From assembly GCA_044352465.1 (NCBI GenBank), contig JBILDU010000041.1, forward strand, positions 1-22,843: 22,843 nucleotides of DNA. Direction: 5' to 3'. Made by a program: the position numbers and the translations under genes. The stretch is from Bdellovibrionota bacterium. Lineage in GTDB: Bacteria > Bdellovibrionota_C > UBA2361. Positions 18,640 through 22,843 of this stretch are shown here, one piece after another. Numbering within the stretch: position 1 is the stretch's first letter; the number at the start of each line of letters is the position of its first letter. The notes under the pieces were generated by a model. It did no database searches. It was not told where the DNA came from and saw only the letters and a program-made list of their open reading frames with translations.

Positions 18640-19203
18640 ATGCGTATCGTTTTACTCGGGCCCCCCGGCGCCGGCAAAGGCACCCAAGCGGTGCTACTCT
18701 CAAAGGAGCTGAAGATTCCCCATATCTCGACGGGGGAGATGCTGCGTGAGGCTGTGGCAAGCGGCTCAGCGCTCGGTCAGAAGGTCAAAGGCATTCTCGA
18801 CTCAGGGGAGCTCGTGCCCGATGCGGTGGTGATCGATGTTGTCAAGGAGCGGCTTGGAAGAGCCGATTGCGCTGCGGGATTCCTGTTGGACGGATTTCCC
18901 CGTACTGTGGAGCAGGCCAGGGCGCTCTCGGTTGTTCTCAAGGATTTGGGCCGTGACTTAACCCATGTGATCGATATTGCTGTCCCAGAGGCTGTTCTCA
19001 TGGAGCGTATCAAGGGGCGCGGGCAGGCAGGCTCAGGACGGACCGATGATTCCGCCGAGGTGGCCGCTCGTCGGCTTGAGGTTTATCGCGTTCAGACAGC
19101 CCCTGTGGCTGGTTTTTATGGCCAGGCAGGACAACTCACCGTTGTCGATGGGCTGGGCTCGATTGAAGATGTTTCGTCGCGCCTTCGCGCTGCGCTTAAA
19201 TAG
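18640..19203 (+). CDS. adk: Adenylate kinase, short-LID type
   Basis: GPPGAGKGTQA, HISTGEMLR, GFLLDGFPRT, RTDD; GGAGG before ATG 18640. Confidence 0.97.
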   Translation: MRIVLLGPPGAGKGTQAVLLSKELKIPHISTGEMLREAVASGSALGQKVKGILDSGELVPDAVVIDVVKERLGRADCAAGFLLDGFPRTVEQARALSVVLKDLGRDLTHVIDIAVPEAVLMERIKGRGQAGSGRTDDSAEVAARRLEVYRVQTAPVAGFYGQAGQLTVVDGLGSIEDVSSRLRAALK

Positions 19204-19420
19204 CTGAAAACACTTAGATTTGTCCGGCGTGTTTTCTGTGCAGGTTGGATTAGTCCCCGTGTGGCAATGGCAGTTTCTCCTTGTATGTCGATGAGGAAGG
19301 CGAGGCTGTGGCCCCTACGGCGCATCTCTATGGGCTGCCGCGGCCAGGGGGGCATAAGGTCGAGTGCCCAATAAGCCCGATTTTACCGAGAAATTACCCG
19401 ATAAAATTTTTCTCGAGATA

Positions 19421-19449
19421 TTGAGATATTTTTTCGGACTCTGTACGAT
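19421..19449 (+). promoter_or_regulatory. Putative sigma70 promoter P1 for rpmJ-alpha cluster
   Basis: TTGAGA (19421-19426), 17 nt, TACGAT (19444-19449); AT-rich upstream tract; GC-rich ACGCGCC downstream. Confidence 0.55.
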
Positions 19450-19551
19450 ACGCGCCTCGTAGCGGCTTTCGGGCTTTTCCCGAGCCGAGGGTCTTCGGTG
19501 CGTGCTTTTGTCGAGTGGCGCCCGGGTAAGCACGTCGCATTGCACGTAAGA

Positions 19552-19581
19552 TTGCACGTAACATGCTAAAACCCCTAGACT
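19552..19581 (+). promoter_or_regulatory. Putative sigma70 promoter P2 for rpmJ-alpha cluster
   Basis: TTGCAC (19552-19557), 18 nt, TAGACT (19576-19581). Confidence 0.4.
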
Positions 19582-19719
19582 TATTCTGAGTGGCTTTGAG
19601 GCGAGGTGGCGCTGCTACCACGCTGAAAGAGAGTCCGGAAGTAGTCGCCGGAGCCGAAGTTTTCGTCGAGCCGGTCATAGCGGTCGTTTCGACTCGATAG
19701 TGTTTCAACGGAGTGTGTC

Positions 19720-19836
19720 TTGAAAGTTAGAGCGTCGGTCAAGCCAATTTGCGCTTACTGCAAAGTTCTTCGGCGGAAGAACAAGGTGTACGTGATTTGC
19801 AGCCGTACGCCTAAGCATAAACAGCGCCAAGGATAA
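19720..19836 (+). CDS. rpmJ: 50S ribosomal protein L36 (zinc-ribbon type; TTG start; not in ORF track)
   Basis: Manual translation [42 protein letters not shown] upstream. Confidence 0.98.
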   Translation: MKVRASVKPICAYCKVLRRKNKVYVICSRTPKHKQRQG

Positions 19837-19913
19837 ATTTTTGTCGGGGGTAGACGTGTCGTGCAGAGACGGCGCGGCGAGTTTACCCCGAATGAATTGA
19901 GCAGGAGAGAAGA

Positions 19914-20297
19914 ATGCCTCGTATAGCCGGAGTCGATCTACCGCGGAACAAAAGAGTCGTGTGCGGATTGACCTACATCTACGGAATCGGCAATAGCAAA
20001 GCCGAAGCGATCTTGAACGAAGCAAAGGTCGATTTTAATACTCGCACCGACAACCTCACTGAGGACGAAGTGGCTCGAATTCGAGCGCTGCTAGAGACTC
20101 GTGAGAAGGTGGAGGGTGACCTCCGTCGAGAGATTCAGATGTCGATTAAGCGCCTCATGGATCTCGGTTGCTACCGTGGTCTTCGTCACCGGAAGGGACT
20201 TCCGGCCCGTGGGCAGCGGACCCGTACCAACGCGCGCACCCGTAAGGGGCCACGTCGCGCTCCGATTACCGGAAAGAAAGCGGCGACCAAGAAGTAA
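19914..20297 (+). CDS. rpsM: 30S ribosomal protein S13
   Basis: [42 protein letters not shown]. Confidence 0.99.
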   Translation: MPRIAGVDLPRNKRVVCGLTYIYGIGNSKAEAILNEAKVDFNTRTDNLTEDEVARIRALLETREKVEGDLRREIQMSIKRLMDLGCYRGLRHRKGLPARGQRTRTNARTRKGPRRAPITGKKAATKK

Positions 20298-20330
20298 TCG
20301 CCCAAGCAATTTTTTTGAAGGAGTTCTAAA

Positions 20331-20747
20331 TTGACCACCGAGGCTCGTACAAATACCCCCGCCGGCGCGACTGCTGGGCGTAAGAAGAAAGCAAAGCGAA
20401 ACGTTCCCGTGGGCGTGGCTCACGTGCACGCAACGTTTAACAACACGATCGTTACCATCACCGACCCGACGGGTGGGGTGCTGGCGTGGTCGAGCTCCGG
20501 TTGTAACGGTTTCAAAGGTTCGAGGAAGTCGACTCCTTTTGCGGCTCAGGTCGCTGGTGAGAACGCCGCTCGGAAGGCCAAGGAGTTTGGTCTCCGTGCA
20601 GTCACGGTTTACGTGAAGGGTCCGGGAGCTGGCCGTGAGTCGGCGCTCCGCGCTCTCCACCAGGCTGGGCTGGCGATCTCACTGATTAAGGATATTACCC
20701 CGATCCCGCACAACGGGTGCCGGCCGCGTAAGAGTCGCCGGGTATAG
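20331..20747 (+). CDS. rpsK: 30S ribosomal protein S11 (TTG start)
   Basis: [47 protein letters not shown]. Confidence 0.99.
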   Translation: MTTEARTNTPAGATAGRKKKAKRNVPVGVAHVHATFNNTIVTITDPTGGVLAWSSSGCNGFKGSRKSTPFAAQVAGENAARKAKEFGLRAVTVYVKGPGAGRESALRALHQAGLAISLIKDITPIPHNGCRPRKSRRV

Positions 20748-20789
20748 GCAGAGCTATCAACGAGAGAGTGACGAAACAGGAATAGAGTC

Positions 20790-21416
20790 ATGGCAAGATA
20801 TTGTGGTGCGGTTTGTCGGTTGTGTCGTCGAGAGGGCGAGAAATTGTTCCTCAAAGGCGAGCGGTGCTACACGGCGAAGTGCTCGGTCGAGCGTCGCGAG
20901 GGTGGTCCGGGACAGCACGGTCGGGGGCGGCAACAGTTCTCGGACTATAAGGTCCAACTTCGCGAGAAGCAAAAAGCGAAGCGGATTTATGGCCTTCAGG
21001 AGAAGGAGTTCCGTGGTTCGTTTGAGCGAGCGCTCCGTCAGAAAGGAGTTACCGGAACCCAGCTTCTGTTAAACCTCGAGACGCGCCTCGACAATATCGT
21101 TTACCGCTTGGGCTTCGGCATCTCCCGACGTGAGTCGCGTCAACTGGTCTCGCATGGACATATCCTTGTCAACGAGAAGCCGGTAAACATTCCTTCGTAC
21201 AAGGTGAAGGTAGGCGATTCGATCGCTGTGCGTGAGAAGAGCAAGAAGAACACTGGCATTACCGCGGCGATGGCCTCAGCGCAAAGCCGTCTCATCCCGG
21301 AGTGGTTGGCCCTTGATAAGGACAACGTCAAAGGAATGATCAATGCCTTGCCAAGCCGCGAACAGCTGGCGCAGACTATCCGCGATCAGCTGATCGTTGA
21401 GTTGTACTCGAAGTAA
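20790..21416 (+). CDS. rpsD: 30S ribosomal protein S4 (zinc-binding type)
   Basis: CRLCRREGEKLFLKGERC...KC, QLREKQK, LETRLDN, LIVELYSK. Confidence 0.99.
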   Translation: MARYCGAVCRLCRREGEKLFLKGERCYTAKCSVERREGGPGQHGRGRQQFSDYKVQLREKQKAKRIYGLQEKEFRGSFERALRQKGVTGTQLLLNLETRLDNIVYRLGFGISRRESRQLVSHGHILVNEKPVNIPSYKVKVGDSIAVREKSKKNTGITAAMASAQSRLIPEWLALDKDNVKGMINALPSREQLAQTIRDQLIVELYSK

Positions 21417-21538
21417 TCGGTGCGTCGATTCAATCACCGGCGAGGTTATGGTCGTCGGTGGCTTCGATGGTAAGTTTTCGTTTTCCCGGTCGTTAGATCG
21501 GTTGCTCGCAAGAGCGAATTTTACAAAGGGTCTGGTTG

Positions 21539-22549
21539 ATGAAACGCGTAAGCTTAAGAGATCTGATCAAGCCGAAGAGAATTGAGGTTGAGGGTGGTGA
21601 TGAGCGCTACGGCAAATTTGTCGCCGAGCCTTTGGAGCGAGGTTTCGGTCTTACCATCGGTAACAGCCTCCGTCGCATCCTCTTGTCATCACTCCAAGGG
21701 TCGGCGGTTACCGCCGTATCCATCGAAGGAGTGATGCATGAGTTTTCGACGGTACCCGGCGTCGTTGAGGACGTGACCGAAATCGTTCTCAACCTGAAGG
21801 ACGTCGTGCCAAGGCTCGAGGACAAAGAAGAAGCCCATGTTCGGATCGAGGCGGTCGGTCCGTGCGAGGTAAAAGCCGGCATGATTACCGGTGACCCTTC
21901 AGTCGTGATACTGAATCCTGAGCTTCATATCGCCAGTCTCGCCGAGGGAGCCACGCTCAAGATGGACCTCACCGTTAAAGTGGGTCGGGGATATGTTTCG
22001 GCCGATAAGAATAAGGTCGAGGGCGCTCCGATGGGCACGATATTTATCGATTCGATCTTCTCGCCCATTCGGAAGGTTAACCACCTCGTGACGAACGCGC
22101 GCGTAGGACAGCGGACCGACTACGACAGCTTGATGATGGAGATCTGGACTAACGGTTCGATCGATCCACGCTCGGCGGTCGCTCAGGCGGCGCACATTTT
22201 GCTTGATCAACTTGGAATCTTCGTCGGTGAAGGATTGCTTGTTGAGGAGCAGGAGCCACAGCGAGAGGAGCCGAAGAGCAAATTCAACGACAACCTCTTC
22301 CGACGGATTGAGGAGATCGAGCTCAGCGTTCGGAGTGCCAACTGCCTTGAGAACGCCGATATTAAGTTTATCGGTGAGCTCGTGCAGAAGAGCGAGGCCG
22401 AGATGCTTCGTACGAAGAACTTCGGAAGGAAGTCGCTCAATGAGATTAAGGAGATCTTGTCCGAGATGGGCTTGTCTCTTGGAATGAAACTCGAGGATTT
22501 CCCGACCCGGAAAGATCTCGAGCAGATGAAGGATACCTCGGAACACTAA
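21539..22549 (+). CDS. rpoA: DNA-directed RNA polymerase subunit alpha
   Basis: EPLERGFGLTIGNSLRRILLSS, RVGQRTDYD, ELSVRSANCL, NFGRKSLNEI. Confidence 0.99.
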   Translation: MKRVSLRDLIKPKRIEVEGGDERYGKFVAEPLERGFGLTIGNSLRRILLSSLQGSAVTAVSIEGVMHEFSTVPGVVEDVTEIVLNLKDVVPRLEDKEEAHVRIEAVGPCEVKAGMITGDPSVVILNPELHIASLAEGATLKMDLTVKVGRGYVSADKNKVEGAPMGTIFIDSIFSPIRKVNHLVTNARVGQRTDYDSLMMEIWTNGSIDPRSAVAQAAHILLDQLGIFVGEGLLVEEQEPQREEPKSKFNDNLFRRIEEIELSVRSANCLENADIKFIGELVQKSEAEMLRTKNFGRKSLNEIKEILSEMGLSLGMKLEDFPTRKDLEQMKDTSEH

Positions 22550-22586
22550 GAACCGGGGGCTTAGAAAGTAGTACAGGAACGACCGT

Positions 22587-22843
22587 ATGCGCCACCAACA
22601 CGCCTTTAGAAAATTTCAGAAGTCTCCGGCTCACCGCCGCGCGATGTTCCGTAACATGGCGACCTCGCTGCTCCGTGAGGAGAGGATTGAGACGACCGTC
22701 GAGAAGGCGAAGGAACTTCGTCGGGTTGTTGAGCCGCTCATCACCCTCGCTGGTGATGATACGCTTCACGCGCGTCGTCAGGCTCTTTCGTACCTCCTCG
22801 ATAAGAAGGTGGTACACAAGTTGTTTGCGGACCTCGGTCCGCG
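22587..22843 (+). CDS. rplQ: 50S ribosomal protein L17, 3'-truncated by window end
   Basis: Manual translation MRHQHAFRKFQKSPAHRRAMFRNMATSLLREERIETTVEKAKELRRVVEPLITLA... Confidence 0.97.
   Translation, partial: MRHQHAFRKFQKSPAHRRAMFRNMATSLLREERIETTVEKAKELRRVVEPLITLAGDDTLHARRQALSYLLDKKVVHKLFADLGP

Noticed and set aside
19281..19424. Small TTG-start ORF (LYVDEEGEAVAPTAHLYGLPRPGGHKVECP...)
   Set aside because: Somewhat protein-like but lacks an RBS and any similarity to Map or IF-1; unsupported without homology or Ribo-seq.
19540..19556. Sigma54-like TTGCACG...TTGCA
   Set aside because: Lacks the -24 GG and the spacing is one base too long.
19315..19708. Minus-strand ORFs of 80 and 104 aa in the adk-rpmJ gap
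   Set aside because: No recognisable family; they overlap promoter-like elements.
21899..22546. 215-aa antisense ORF in rpoA
   Set aside because: Antisense shadow, no independent evidence.

Overview
Core housekeeping region of a bacterial chromosome. It holds the ribosomal superoperon on the + strand: rpsL-rpsG-fusA-tuf (str), the S10 and spc clusters, secY, adk, then rpmJ-rpsM-rpsK-rpsD-rpoA-rplQ (rplQ truncated at the window end). Upstream lie a divergent GT9 heptosyltransferase-like gene and the 3' part of an unknown gene. RpoA and S4 look broadly deltaproteobacterial-like (inference only). I see no mobile element, CRISPR array, tRNA, rRNA or defence system, and no clear new multi-gene system. 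Points worth follow-up: an EF-Tu with a non-canonical, PVC-like switch I; basic extensions on several exit-tunnel r-proteins; substitutions in normally conserved L2/L3 loops; long structured leaders before rpsL and rpmJ; a duplicated-arm hairpin between tuf and rpsJ; a terminator/promoter separating secY from spc; absence of map and infA; and recurring GTTATG start contexts.
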